A stretch of DNA of 64,000 nt from Candidatus Yanofskybacteria bacterium (GCA_020852375.1 JADZAY010000005.1:19814-83813), one strand, 5' to 3'; numbered from the stretch's first letter, positions 1 to 8,716 are shown. The notes: generated by a model from the letters alone, not told the origin. A program made the numbers and translations.

Positions 1-8
1 GCCAGCTC

Positions 9-596
9 ATGCGTACCGATCCGCTCGGTCCGAAATACGTGGGTGATGTCCTTGCGGGGCAGACACTCATCTGGGTCGGCCCGACGTTCGGCTTCGGTTT
101 CTACCGTGCCGGACAAATGCAGGTCGGATTCGTGTTCGACGCACACGCACGGGGCATCAATGATGCCGTCCAACTTCCAAAGCTGAACGGTCATCTCGTC
201 GATACGACGTGCGCCTTCACTCGCGAGTATTGCTGGTTCTTGGCCTCCACCCACGCGGGCGGGGTCACCGCGAACCACTGTATGGTCATCAGCCGGCAGG
301 GAAGTCTCCTTGCGACGGCGTCGGCGCCTTCGGGTGACGACTCGTGGCTGGGCACTATTCGCGGTCACGCCGCGGTCGGGAATTCACTTCTGGCCGCGAC
401 CGACGAGGGCGTCGTCCGAGTTTCCCTGGACGGGGCTTCGATCTCAGTCGCACAAAAGTTCCCCGACACCGAGCCGTTCGTTCACGCGCACGTTCATCTG
501 TACGCAGTGAAGGACGGACTCTATGCAGTCGGAAAGCACGACGTTACCCTTCTGCGTATCCACGCAACTCAGCAGTCCCAAGGAGGAAAGTCATGA
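9..596 (+). CDS. hypothetical protein (the ORF begins at the first in-frame ATG at nt 9, so the 5' end may lie outside the window); no recognisable motif
   Basis: 195-aa ORF in the window's first bases. Its stop overlaps the next gene's ATG (ATGA), and GC codon bias matches neighbouring genes. Confidence 0.3.
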   Translation: MRTDPLGPKYVGDVLAGQTLIWVGPTFGFGFYRAGQMQVGFVFDAHARGINDAVQLPKLNGHLVDTTCAFTREYCWFLASTHAGGVTANHCMVISRQGSLLATASAPSGDDSWLGTIRGHAAVGNSLLAATDEGVVRVSLDGASISVAQKFPDTEPFVHAHVHLYAVKDGLYAVGKHDVTLLRIHATQQSQGGKS

Positions 597-1672
597 CGCG
601 CAGCACTCTGCCGATGCCGCCGTTCTTCGATCCGAAGAACGCGGAAAGCTGGACCTACGGTCCGAACCAAGGCGAGCTCCTGACGCTCGCGCCCACGTGG
701 GCGAAGCGTCACAGCATCAAGCCGTCGGCATCCGCTCGTCGCCGCATTCACGTGCTGGCGATCGACGACCAGAAGGACTTCAGTCGTCCCGAGGGGTCCC
801 TGTTCGTCGCCGGCCGCTCCGGTCGCGGTGCCATTGACGATGACGTCCGGTTCGCGCAGTTCGTCTACAGGAACCTGGGCCTCATCACGGACATGACGTT
901 CACGCTGGACACGCACTTCCCGTTCCAGATCTTCTTCCCCACCTTCTGGGTGGACGAGGCGGGAAACCAGTTGGCGGCGCACTCGCTCATCGTCCTCTCG
1001 GACGACGAGAAGTGCCTGGTGAACAAGGGGTTGGACGGGTCGGTGCTTCACGAGAGCGTGATGCCCAATCCGGCCATCACTCATCTGGCTACGGGTTCGG
1101 ACAACTACCCGTGGCTGGTGAACCAGTGTCTGTACTACGTTCGCGAGCTTGCCCGGGTGGGCAAGTACACCCTGTACCTGTGGCCGCTGCACTGCCTCAT
1201 GGGGTCCAGCGGGTACGACCTGACGGGCGTCATCCACGAGGCGAGCCTGTTCCACGCGCTGGTGCGTCAGACGCAGGCGCGACGTGAGGTGAAGGGTGGC
1301 AACCCGCTCACCGAGAACTACAGCATTTTCCGGCCCGAGGTTCTCGGCCGGTGGGATGGCAGGCCGCTGGCGCAGAAGAACACTCGGCTTGTACAGGCGC
1401 TCCTGGAAGCCGATGCGGTCGTCTTGGCCGGTCAGGCTGCCAGCCACTGCGTGAAGTCGTCCATCGAGGACTTTCTCACGGAGATCACCGGGCAGGACCC
1501 GTCGCTGGTCAGCAAGGTGTACATCCTAGAGGATTGCACCTCCTCTGTTGTGGTTCCGGGTGCGGACTTCACCCCGCAGGCTGAGGCTGCGCTGGAATCG
1601 TTCCGGCAGGCCGGCATGCACGTCGTGAAGTCCACGGATCCCATCGAGAGCTGGCCTGACATTCGGCTCTGA
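593..1672 (+). CDS. pncA: nicotinamidase / isochorismatase-family cysteine hydrolase (eukaryotic Pnc1-like long form)
   Basis: AAGGAGGAA RBS 7 nt upstream of the ATG at 593. Motifs VLAIDDQKDF (D of the catalytic triad), TLDTHFP (metal-binding D..H, like Pnc1 TRDWH), LWPLHCLMGSSG (like Pnc1 LWPVHCV) and the catalytic Cys in AGQAASHCVKSS. An NrtR-like regulator lies nearby. Confidence 0.55.
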   Translation: MTRSTLPMPPFFDPKNAESWTYGPNQGELLTLAPTWAKRHSIKPSASARRRIHVLAIDDQKDFSRPEGSLFVAGRSGRGAIDDDVRFAQFVYRNLGLITDMTFTLDTHFPFQIFFPTFWVDEAGNQLAAHSLIVLSDDEKCLVNKGLDGSVLHESVMPNPAITHLATGSDNYPWLVNQCLYYVRELARVGKYTLYLWPLHCLMGSSGYDLTGVIHEASLFHALVRQTQARREVKGGNPLTENYSIFRPEVLGRWDGRPLAQKNTRLVQALLEADAVVLAGQAASHCVKSSIEDFLTEITGQDPSLVSKVYILEDCTSSVVVPGADFTPQAEAALESFRQAGMHVVKSTDPIESWPDIRL

Positions 1673-1748
1673 TTGTACGGCCGTCCGGCGGGGCACGTCG
1701 CCCCGCCGGACATCTTCCCCTCATCTCGTTTTCGAGAAGGAGAGTGTC

Positions 1749-2561
1749 ATGAGTAAGAGTTCGCCTGCCGTATCGCAGTTGTTCACGAGCGCGGTGCAGA
1801 ACGGGAACGTGTCCCAGCTTGCCGCGCAGGCGCTGAACATTCCTGATCTGGGAGCCCAGATCCAGGAAGGCCTGGGTGTCGCGCCCGATGATGTGCGCGC
1901 CCAGGAAGTTACGTTGGTGACCACATTGGTGGACGACTCTGGCAGCATCCGGTTCGCTGGCAACAGTCAGCTGGTGCGGGACGGTCACAACGGCATGGTG
2001 GCTGCTCTCAAGGGCAGCAAGCAGGCCGGTGGCGTCCTGATGCACACACGGTACCTCAACGGTACCGTGCTGTATCCGTACAGCCTTCTGGATCAGGTTC
2101 CCCAGATGGACAGCCACAACTACGACCCGAACGGTGGCACGCCGCTGTACGACCAGACGGCGCTCATCTTGGGGACCGTCCTGGCCAAGTACCAGGAGAT
2201 GGAGGAGGCGGGGACGGCCGCGCGGAGCGTGACCGTCATTGTGACCGACGGTATGGACGAGGGGTCGCGCGTTCACACTGCCGACAGCGTCCGCAAGGTC
2301 GTGAACGACATGCTGGCGCGTGAGCGGCACATCATCGGAGCCATTGGCATCCAGTACACTGACAGCCGCACGGGACAGGCCTTCGATTTTCGTGAGGTCT
2401 TCCGTGAGATGGGCCTGCAGGACCGCTGGATCCTGACTCCGGAGAACGATCACAGCGCCATCCGCCGCGCGTTCAACTTCATGTCACAGAGCGCAGTCCG
2501 GGCATCCCAGGGCGGCGCGCAGTTCAGCAAGACGGCCGCTGGCGGGTTCGTGACGCCGTAG
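1749..2561 (+). CDS. von Willebrand factor type A (vWA) domain protein
   Basis: MIDAS-like DxSGS motif (LVDDSGSI) followed by VIVTDGMDEG (TDG motif); 270 aa. A GC-stem/T-run terminator follows at about 2575-2600. Confidence 0.55.
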   Translation: MSKSSPAVSQLFTSAVQNGNVSQLAAQALNIPDLGAQIQEGLGVAPDDVRAQEVTLVTTLVDDSGSIRFAGNSQLVRDGHNGMVAALKGSKQAGGVLMHTRYLNGTVLYPYSLLDQVPQMDSHNYDPNGGTPLYDQTALILGTVLAKYQEMEEAGTAARSVTVIVTDGMDEGSRVHTADSVRKVVNDMLARERHIIGAIGIQYTDSRTGQAFDFREVFREMGLQDRWILTPENDHSAIRRAFNFMSQSAVRASQGGAQFSKTAAGGFVTP

Positions 2562-2618
2562 CGTTCGGGTAGTACAAGGCGAGTGCGCGCGCACTCGCCT
2601 TTTTTGTACAACAACAGA

Positions 2619-3308
2619 TTAGAAGAATTTCTTCAGCTGCGCGGGGGTGCGGCTGACGAATCGATACAAGCGCGCTGGGCGCTGCTTGCCGCCGCGCTCC
2701 ATGCCTCGGGTGGCGCGGATGAGTCCCAGCGAGAGATACTTCTTACGGAAGTTTCGTTTGTCCAGCGCATGACCGAGAATAATCTCGTAGACTCGCTGCA
2801 GGCGTGTGAGCGTGAATGTGGCGGGTATGAGCGAGTACACGATATTGGTATATTCAAGCTTTGCGCGCAGGCGAGCGACCGCAGTGCGGACGATGAGTTC
2901 ATGGTCGAACGCCAGGCGTGGGAGCCGCACAACCGGAACCCAATGGGGCTCCTGGGTGGTGGCGCTATTTCCCAAAGGCACTGCCGTATGCGGCACAAGC
3001 GTCATGTAGGCGACCGTAGGGAAGTCGCCGCGCGGATCGCGGCCGCGGGTATCGAACGTGTAGAGCTGCTCCATGTAGACTGGACGCGTGATGCCTGCCT
3101 TGGTGCGCAATACATGCTGCGCTGCTGCCTGCGTGGTCTCGTCCGCGCGCAAGAACGCACCCGGCAAAGACGCAACATGCGCGTACGGCTCCCACTGGCG
3201 ATTGATCAGAAGGACGCAGAGAGCGTCATCGATGATAGAAAAGAGAACGACATCAATACCCACCTGGGTGGTGTGGGGCTTGCGATGAGTTGGCGCACGG
3301 CGAGTCAT
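2619..3308 (-). CDS. nrtR: Nudix-related transcriptional regulator (NrtR-like: degenerate Nudix domain plus C-terminal winged-helix)
   Basis: N-terminal Nudix fold with a degenerate Nudix box (GAFLRADETTQAAAQHVLRTKAGI). The C-terminal about 80 aa (LTRLQRVYEIILGHALDKRNFRKKYLSLGLI) resembles the NrtR wHTH. Divergent and near a pncA-like gene, as is typical for NrtR regulons. Confidence 0.5.
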   Translation of the reverse strand: MTRRAPTHRKPHTTQVGIDVVLFSIIDDALCVLLINRQWEPYAHVASLPGAFLRADETTQAAAQHVLRTKAGITRPVYMEQLYTFDTRGRDPRGDFPTVAYMTLVPHTAVPLGNSATTQEPHWVPVVRLPRLAFDHELIVRTAVARLRAKLEYTNIVYSLIPATFTLTRLQRVYEIILGHALDKRNFRKKYLSLGLIRATRGMERGGKQRPARLYRFVSRTPAQLKKFF

Positions 3309-3407
3309 AGTGTGATGTATACACTATATATCATCCTAATCAAAAAGTCAAGCAATACGGAGAGATCGCTTGCACCGCAAGGTCCGAGAGGGTAACCTGA
3401 GGGCAAT

Positions 3408-3731
3408 ATGTCCTCATCCATCACCAAGAACGCCATCGGGAACGCGGTCGCGACCGCGGCGTACGTCGTGCTCATTGCGCTGTTCTTCTCGCACGCCGAA
3501 CGCATCTTCGGCCCGGAGGATCCGAAGACCTTTTTGATTCCCACCGTGATGCTCCTCCTGCTGGTGCTCTCTGCCGCTATCACCGGCTTCCTGGTCTTCG
3601 GCCGCCCGGTCATGTGGTACATCGACGGGAGAAAGAAGGAAGCCATCATTCTACTAGGGCAAACTCTCGCCTCGCTTGCCGTCATTCTCCTCCTCGCCTT
3701 TACTGTGCTGTATGTGGTGGCAGTGAAGTAA
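3408..3731 (+). CDS. small integral membrane protein (3 predicted TM helices)
   Basis: 107-aa ORF with hydrophobic stretches; no motif. Confidence 0.4.
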   Translation: MSSSITKNAIGNAVATAAYVVLIALFFSHAERIFGPEDPKTFLIPTVMLLLLVLSAAITGFLVFGRPVMWYIDGRKKEAIILLGQTLASLAVILLLAFTVLYVVAVK

Positions 3732-3760
3732 GGGGGGATTCTTTCGAGGTGGAGTGACTG

Positions 3761-3961
3761 ATGGAGAAGAAAGTCGAGCGGGCGAAGCCTCGGCGGGCGG
3801 ATGTCGGGCCGAGGTTCGAGGATGTGGTCGCGCATGCGACGACGCCGAGCGGCGCGATCGATGCGGCGAAGCTGGAAGAGCTGGAAGGTCGCTTCGGTTT
3901 CAACGGCGGCAGGGGATGCGATGTCAGCAGCGGCCCCTGCTCCTGCGGGGCATGGCATTAG
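3761..3961 (+). CDS. hypothetical small protein
   Basis: 66-aa ORF; followed immediately by repeat copy A, which begins with a terminator hairpin. Confidence 0.3.
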   Translation: MEKKVERAKPRRADVGPRFEDVVAHATTPSGAIDAAKLEELEGRFGFNGGRGCDVSSGPCSCGAWH

Positions 3962-3969
3962 CGCTTCAC

Positions 3970-4060
3970 GGCGCCCTCTGGGGCGCCTTTCTTTTTTGGT
4001 ATCCGTCCAAAAGCGTCCCAAGCCAGTCGGCGAGGGATTACCGCGAATCGTTCGATGGGG
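3970..4060. repeat. intergenic direct repeat, copy A (GC hairpin + T-run, then a conserved ~65-nt tail TTTTGGTATCCGTCCAAAAGCGTCCCAAGCCAGTCGGCGAGGGATTACCGCGAATCGTTCGATGGGG)
   Basis: Near-identical ~90-nt sequence recurs at 4522-4612. Each copy sits directly 3' of a small ORF. Confidence 0.6.
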
Positions 4061-4095
4061 CATCGAGTTGACTATCAATAAAATAAGAGTATAAT

Positions 4096-4515
4096 ATGAG
4101 TATCCTGCCGTTGTGTGGGATGAGGAGGTTGAAGGTGAAGCATCTGTATCGCGTCACATACCAGTGGGCGGGCATAGAAAGGGTGGCCGAGCTCGGAGCG
4201 GCGGATGTCCTACTCGATGGTGAGCCCAAGGACTGCGGAGATCTGGTTCGTGCCATTGTACAGCAAGCTCCGAATGGTGGGGAAATGAGGCTGATTTGCC
4301 CTCTCGGCTGGCAGAAGTATTCCGAGCCGGTGGGGGCTCCCGCAGGCAAGGCCAAGCAGGAGAAGAGCGTCGACCTCGGCGAGCTCAAGGACGAGACGAC
4401 GAAACTCCTCGCCCTGCTCGAGGATCCTCAGCCGGGGACGATGGCGTGGAACGACTTCATGCGGGATCGTCTGCAGAACCTGCACGCGCTCATCGCACCG
4501 GTCGTCAGTACGTAG
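4096..4515 (+). CDS. hypothetical protein (alternative GTG start at 4132 behind a GAGGAGG RBS)
   Basis: 139-aa ORF bracketed by the two repeat copies; no motif. Confidence 0.4.
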   Translation: MSILPLCGMRRLKVKHLYRVTYQWAGIERVAELGAADVLLDGEPKDCGDLVRAIVQQAPNGGEMRLICPLGWQKYSEPVGAPAGKAKQEKSVDLGELKDETTKLLALLEDPQPGTMAWNDFMRDRLQNLHALIAPVVST

Positions 4516-4521
4516 TAGTTG

Positions 4522-4612
4522 GGCGCCCTCCGGGGCGCCTTTCTCTTTTGGTATCCGTCCAAAAGCGTCCCAAGCCAGTCGGCGAGGGATTACCGCGAAT
4601 CGTTCGATGGGG
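4522..4612. repeat. intergenic direct repeat, copy B
   Basis: Hairpin GGGCGCCCTCCGGGGCGCC + T-run followed by the same 65-nt tail as copy A. Only a few substitutions or indels in the hairpin loop and T-run. Confidence 0.6.
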
Positions 4613-4665
4613 TGGGTTGCATCGACGGGCTGGTCTGCTAGGATTCCCGCCGGAGGTGCGGAGCG

Positions 4666-4995
4666 ATGCGGATGATCTGGATGGGCTTCTTTGTATACGA
4701 GCATTCTTGGTGTCCCACCGAGTATACGCTCGAACGGCTGTTCACTGTTGCGGATTCTCGGGAGCGGGCCGCCGAGATAATGGTGGGGTTCATTCGTGCG
4801 AAGCTCGGGCGTGATCCGCTCCGCGGGTTCAACGTATCCGAGCTCGTCGAGCCCTGGCTGGGGTTCCAGCGAACCAAGGCGTCCGAGCTGGCCAACACGC
4901 TGGCCATGTACGGGTTCACCTTCGTCGACCCAAGCCCTCGGCCGGTGGCGATGAAGTCGGTTCCCCAACGTGTCGAGGCGCTGATGGGGCGGTAG
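4666..4995 (+). CDS. hypothetical protein
   Basis: 109-aa ORF behind a GGAGGTG RBS; no motif. Confidence 0.35.
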   Translation: MRMIWMGFFVYEHSWCPTEYTLERLFTVADSRERAAEIMVGFIRAKLGRDPLRGFNVSELVEPWLGFQRTKASELANTLAMYGFTFVDPSPRPVAMKSVPQRVEALMGR

Positions 4996-5070
4996 TCGGT
5001 GTGCCGGACCTTCGCGGTCCGGCTTTTTTGTGCGCTTCTGTGGTGCGTTCGCATTTGGTATCATGCTGGT

Positions 5071-5544
5071 ATGCGGGCCATTCCAAAACTCATCATCGCG
5101 GTCGCGGTTTCGCAGCTGGCGGGCGGTGTCGGTTCGCTGTTCACCACCCCCGCGATCCCCGGGTGGTATGCCGGGCTCCTGAAGCCCGCGGTCGCTCCGC
5201 CGAATTGGGTGTTCGCTCCCGTGTGGACGACGCTCTTCCTGCTCATGGGTATTGCGGCATTCCTCGTGTGGCAGAAGGGGCTCGGACGGCGTGATGTGCG
5301 CATCGCGTTGGGCGTCTTCGTGGGGCAATTGGCGCTCAATACGCTCTGGTCGGTGCTCTTCTTCGGCCTCCGCGCGCCGGGTGCGGCATTCGTGGAGATC
5401 CTCATCCTCTGGCTCGGTATTGCTGCGACGATCGTCGCCTTCGCGAAGATCTCCCGACCGGCCGCATGGCTTTTGGTGCCGTACATTCTCTGGGTCAGTT
5501 TTGCCGCCTACCTCAACGCCGCTCTCTGGCTTCTCAACACATGA
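5071..5544 (+). CDS. tspO: TspO/MBR family tryptophan-rich sensory protein
   Basis: WYAGLLKPAVAPPNWVFAPVWTTLFLLMGIAAFLVW is the canonical TspO N-terminal motif; 5 TM helices; ~157 aa from the ATG at 5071. Confidence 0.8.
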   Translation: MRAIPKLIIAVAVSQLAGGVGSLFTTPAIPGWYAGLLKPAVAPPNWVFAPVWTTLFLLMGIAAFLVWQKGLGRRDVRIALGVFVGQLALNTLWSVLFFGLRAPGAAFVEILILWLGIAATIVAFAKISRPAAWLLVPYILWVSFAAYLNAALWLLNT

Positions 5545-6053
5545 AACGCACAGTAACGGTACGCGACCGGATGCAGACGGGATATCGCTACGAACTGAGC
5601 GAACCCATAGGGAAGCATTTTGATCCGCGGTTCACCCCGGATCTGACGCCTAAGCAAATGCTCGCCATCGGTGTCTTCGGTGGCGTCTACATGCGCGACT
5701 GCGTGAAAGAGTTTCCGAAGGATTGGTTCACCAAAGCGAAGTTCCAGAAGAAGGGCACCTTTGCGCGCGATCCGAAGCTCAACCACTTCGGCGTGAATGC
5801 GAGTCAGCCGCTCGCGGTATGGCGGAAGAAGGGGTGGATTTACAAGGACGATCCGCGCGGGTGGTTCCAGTGGTACTGCCGGTACTACATGGGTCGTCGC
5901 TCTCCCGATGACGACCGTCAGATCAAGCGCTGGCGAGCGATCGCGCGGCATATCGCCCAGCTCAAAAAGCATTGCAGGAAAGGGGACTTCTCATGTCACC
6001 CTGTTCAGCGCCAGGCGATCCTCCACTGGGCCTACGACAGCAGAAAGATGTGA
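5541..6053 (+). CDS. hypothetical basic protein, Trp/Tyr/Cys-rich (GWFQWYCRYYMGRR)
   Basis: 170 aa. Its ATG overlaps the tspO stop (ATGA), which indicates translational coupling. Confidence 0.45.
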   Translation: MKRTVTVRDRMQTGYRYELSEPIGKHFDPRFTPDLTPKQMLAIGVFGGVYMRDCVKEFPKDWFTKAKFQKKGTFARDPKLNHFGVNASQPLAVWRKKGWIYKDDPRGWFQWYCRYYMGRRSPDDDRQIKRWRAIARHIAQLKKHCRKGDFSCHPVQRQAILHWAYDSRKM

Positions 6054-6128
6054 ACTCGCCGTGCTCGTATTCATCATCGGCATCGTTGTTGTGCTCGTCA
6101 TCGCCGCCTTGTGGTTCTTTGGGAATGA

Positions 6129-6156
6129 TTGACAGCTGTTAAATATTCGGTATAAT
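6129..6156 (+). promoter_or_regulatory. sigma70-like promoter TTGACA-N16-TATAAT
   Basis: Consensus -35 at 6129-6134 and consensus -10 at 6151-6156, about 20 nt upstream of a GGAGGTG RBS and the ATG at 6176. Confidence 0.45.
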
Positions 6157-6175
6157 CTACGTCGGAGGTGCGACG

Positions 6176-6310
6176 ATGAACTCTGAGCGGCGATGGTGTG
6201 CGCAGTGTCGTTGTGTCGAAGTGCACGAGTACGTGATCCGCTACAACTTCGGTGACCAGCGCCTGGGCGTGGCCTGGGAGGGCTGGGTCTGCCGGGGGCG
6301 CCATTCGTGA
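6176..6310 (+). CDS. small Cys-rich (zinc-ribbon-like) protein, 44 aa
   Basis: MNSERRWCAQCRCVEVHEYV...GWVCRGRHS with CxxC...C pairs. Consensus promoter and RBS upstream; stop overlaps the GTG start of the GNAT gene (GTGA). Confidence 0.3.
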   Translation: MNSERRWCAQCRCVEVHEYVIRYNFGDQRLGVAWEGWVCRGRHS

Positions 6311-6816
6311 TGCCGCAGGCGCTCATGAGCGGCGGCGCTCTCGATGTCGTGATCCGTGAGGCAGAGCGATCAGAATGGGCGGCGATCAGTGAGGTTACGG
6401 TCCGAGCGTTCAACGAGCCCACCGGTCCCGATCCGCATGCAGGGTCGTACCGTGAAGTTGCCGGCGGCATCGAGTGGCTGATGCGTCTGGGGTATGACCG
6501 GCACGCCATCGTCGCGGTGTTCGGTGGTTCGGTCATCGGTGGTGTGCTCTGGGAGCGGTGGCCGCCTTGTGCTGATGCCGTCGCACTCTTCCGGCTCGGG
6601 GTGCTTCCCGAGTATCGGAATCGTGGCATCGGGGCTCTTCTCGTGGGTGCCGTAGAGCGTGCTGCGCAGGTGCACGGGTATACCGCTGTCGTCCTGAAGG
6701 CGATGCTGGAGAAGGGCCTTCCGGAGTACTACGCCCGGCTTGGCTTCACTGTGTTCGAGACGCGAGCGGGTGCTGGTGGGCACGAGATCACCATGCTCAA
6801 GCGCCTCGTGCCGTAG
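6307..6816 (+). CDS. GNAT family N-acetyltransferase
   Basis: Motif A R/Q-x-x-G-x-G/A in YRNRGIGALLVGAVERAA; 169 aa. Confidence 0.75.
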   Translation: MMPQALMSGGALDVVIREAERSEWAAISEVTVRAFNEPTGPDPHAGSYREVAGGIEWLMRLGYDRHAIVAVFGGSVIGGVLWERWPPCADAVALFRLGVLPEYRNRGIGALLVGAVERAAQVHGYTAVVLKAMLEKGLPEYYARLGFTVFETRAGAGGHEITMLKRLVP

Positions 6817-6882
6817 TCTCCAGCAGAAATCGGGAATTGACATTTCCCGATTTTTTTATACTATTTTCTGCGGAGGTGAAGC

Positions 6883-7116
6883 ATGAGTGATTGTCCGCGG
6901 TTCACGGTCGGACAGAAGGTCCGCCTGCTGGACTCGCCGTTCCTGCGACGGACGATCGGGCATCTTGCCTGGGCGCAGCTTGCGCTCCAGCGGAAGACCG
7001 TGTTCACGGTCGTCCGTGAGCAAGCGATCTACGGCGAGCCGTTCGTGAGTGTGCGCGGCGAGGGCATCCCCTCGCATACCCCGCTCAATGCACACCTGTT
7101 CCAGCTCGCAGAGTAG
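6883..7116 (+). CDS. hypothetical small protein
   Basis: 77 aa; GGAGGTGAAGC RBS before the ATG. Confidence 0.35.
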   Translation: MSDCPRFTVGQKVRLLDSPFLRRTIGHLAWAQLALQRKTVFTVVREQAIYGEPFVSVRGEGIPSHTPLNAHLFQLAE

Positions 7117-7126
7117 GAGGAGAGCG

Positions 7127-7381
7127 ATGGCAATCATGAAGGAAGACATTTCGTCGACGCTCGATCGCCTTCAGCGGAATCAGCTGGAGCGCGTCGAGCA
7201 GCACATCGACGAGATTCTCGCTGAGCAATACGTTGGGAAGCCGCTTGTCATCGAGTTCAGCAGATGGAGCTGCATACACAGCGCGGTATGGGCTGCCCTC
7301 GAGCGGCGATACCGGCGTGCCGGCTGGGCGGTTACTCTCATCGGAAAGAAGCGGAAGTACAACGCGATCGAGCTCGGTTAG
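7127..7381 (+). CDS. hypothetical small protein
   Basis: 84 aa from the ATG at 7127 with an AGGAGGAG RBS. Confidence 0.35.
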   Translation: MAIMKEDISSTLDRLQRNQLERVEQHIDEILAEQYVGKPLVIEFSRWSCIHSAVWAALERRYRRAGWAVTLIGKKRKYNAIELG

Positions 7382-7446
7382 CTCTCCACACCCGCATCCG
7401 CGGGTGTTTTTGTATGAAAACGGCGACCACGAGGGTCGCCGGAGGG

Positions 7447-7728
7447 TTAGTCCTTCACTGCCTGCGCCTCTTCCTGCTGTTTGATCGGGCACCACGCGGG
7501 AGAGGTGGCCTCCTTGCGGAGGTTGTAGGGCCGGATTGCGCACATCACGACGCGGTGCGGGGAGCGCTCGGACAGGAAGCGAGACCGCGGCTTCTTCTTC
7601 GGGTTGGGAGTGAGCGTGCAGACGATGGCTTTGTCGTCATCGCAGAACCAATCGTCAGGGTCGGGATCGCGGACGACCTCGTGGTGAGGGCAGTTCATGC
7701 AGTTCTTCGGCGCTTTTGACTTCGCCAT
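7447..7728 (-). CDS. small Cys-rich protein (CxxCP...C...C), probable metal-binding
   Basis: MAKSKAPKNCMNCPHHEVVRDPDPDDWFCDDDKAIVCTL...; 93 aa from the internal ATG. Confidence 0.4.
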   Translation of the reverse strand: MAKSKAPKNCMNCPHHEVVRDPDPDDWFCDDDKAIVCTLTPNPKKKPRSRFLSERSPHRVVMCAIRPYNLRKEATSPAWCPIKQQEEAQAVKD

Positions 7729-7821
7729 GGCGACTCCTTTCGGTGTGCTAGGAATTATATACAACAAATCGTTGTATTAGTCAACGCCATCGGGTGCGGC
7801 GAGGGCGTGGTATACTGCGAT

Positions 7822-8379
7822 ATGGCAAAGCGACAGGCAGTATCGGTGGTGCGAGACTTTGCGACAATCGCACTGAGCATTTTGGTTGCGATCCTCTTGG
7901 TTCGTACGCATGCGTTGGCGGATATTCTCACGGCGACGAAGCAGATCGAGGTGATTGGCAGTTTTGTTGCCGGCATATTCTTTACGTCGGTGTTCACGGT
8001 TGCGCCGGCGGTGGTGGTGTTGGGTGAGCTGGCGCGTAGCAACTCGCTCATACTGGTGGCGGTTGCTGGCGGTCTAGGTGCGGTTGTTGGCGACCTCATC
8101 ATTTTCCGATTCGTTCGCGATCGGCTCTCTGGGCACGTGCTCGAATTGCTCCAGCAGCATGGGGTGGGGAAGCGGATGCGCGCGTTGTTCCGGCTCAACT
8201 ATTTCCGCTGGTTCACATTCTTACTTGGCGGGCTCATCATCGCATCGCCGCTTCCCGACGAGCTCGGCGTGAGTTTGCTCGGTTTCACCCGGATGCGCCT
8301 TCCCGTCTTTATTCCACTTTCTTTCACCTTCAACGCGGTCGGTATCTTTCTGATCGGGTCATTGGCTCGCGCGCTCTAG
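7822..8379 (+). CDS. integral membrane protein (about 6 TM helices)
   Basis: Hydrophobic 185-aa ORF; an alternative GTG start lies at 7807. Confidence 0.45.
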   Translation: MAKRQAVSVVRDFATIALSILVAILLVRTHALADILTATKQIEVIGSFVAGIFFTSVFTVAPAVVVLGELARSNSLILVAVAGGLGAVVGDLIIFRFVRDRLSGHVLELLQQHGVGKRMRALFRLNYFRWFTFLLGGLIIASPLPDELGVSLLGFTRMRLPVFIPLSFTFNAVGIFLIGSLARAL

Positions 8380-8716
8380 CATCTTGACGCGTCTCAGGCG
8401 GGGAGCGCATGATGTTTCCAGTTCATGTGGGAGGTGGAGTGTGGCGAAGCGCGCAGTGCGACAGACCGCCGGCATCATTATGCTGGCGTGGAGTCCGGCC
8501 GTTTTCTTTCTCGTGGTCGGGCTGGCGGAATCCCTTCGTAGTCCGTGGCAGTATGTTGTCGCCACGTTCGGATTGTTTGTTTGGCTCGGTGTCGGAACGT
8601 ACCTTGCCGAGTCCATAAAGCGCCCGCCTGCCCGATAGCCGGATCGCCGCCCCTTTCCTGGGCGGTTTTATTTGACAAAGCGAAAGTTAAGTTCATAATC
8701 ATTCCTGGAGGTGGGT

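Noticed and set aside
569-1447. 292-aa minus-strand ORF antisense to the nicotinamidase gene
   Set aside because: It lies entirely inside a + strand gene with clear catalytic motifs and an RBS. It has a typical high-GC antisense ORF composition (Arg/Pro/Gly-rich) and no motif.
1569-2453. 294-aa minus-strand ORF overlapping the vWA gene
   Set aside because: It is antisense to an ORF carrying a MIDAS motif. No RBS or start context, and Arg/Gly-rich composition typical of spurious GC-frame ORFs.
2583-3395. 270-aa + strand ORF overlapping the NrtR-like gene
   Set aside because: The opposite-strand ORF (2619-3308) has a recognisable Nudix fold and wHTH tail, which this one lacks.
3305-5328. Long minus-strand ORFs (3305-4078, 4210-5328) spanning several small + strand genes and the repeat copies
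   Set aside because: They overlap multiple + strand ORFs that have RBSs and terminators, and they run through terminator hairpins. Most likely these are GC-artefact frames.
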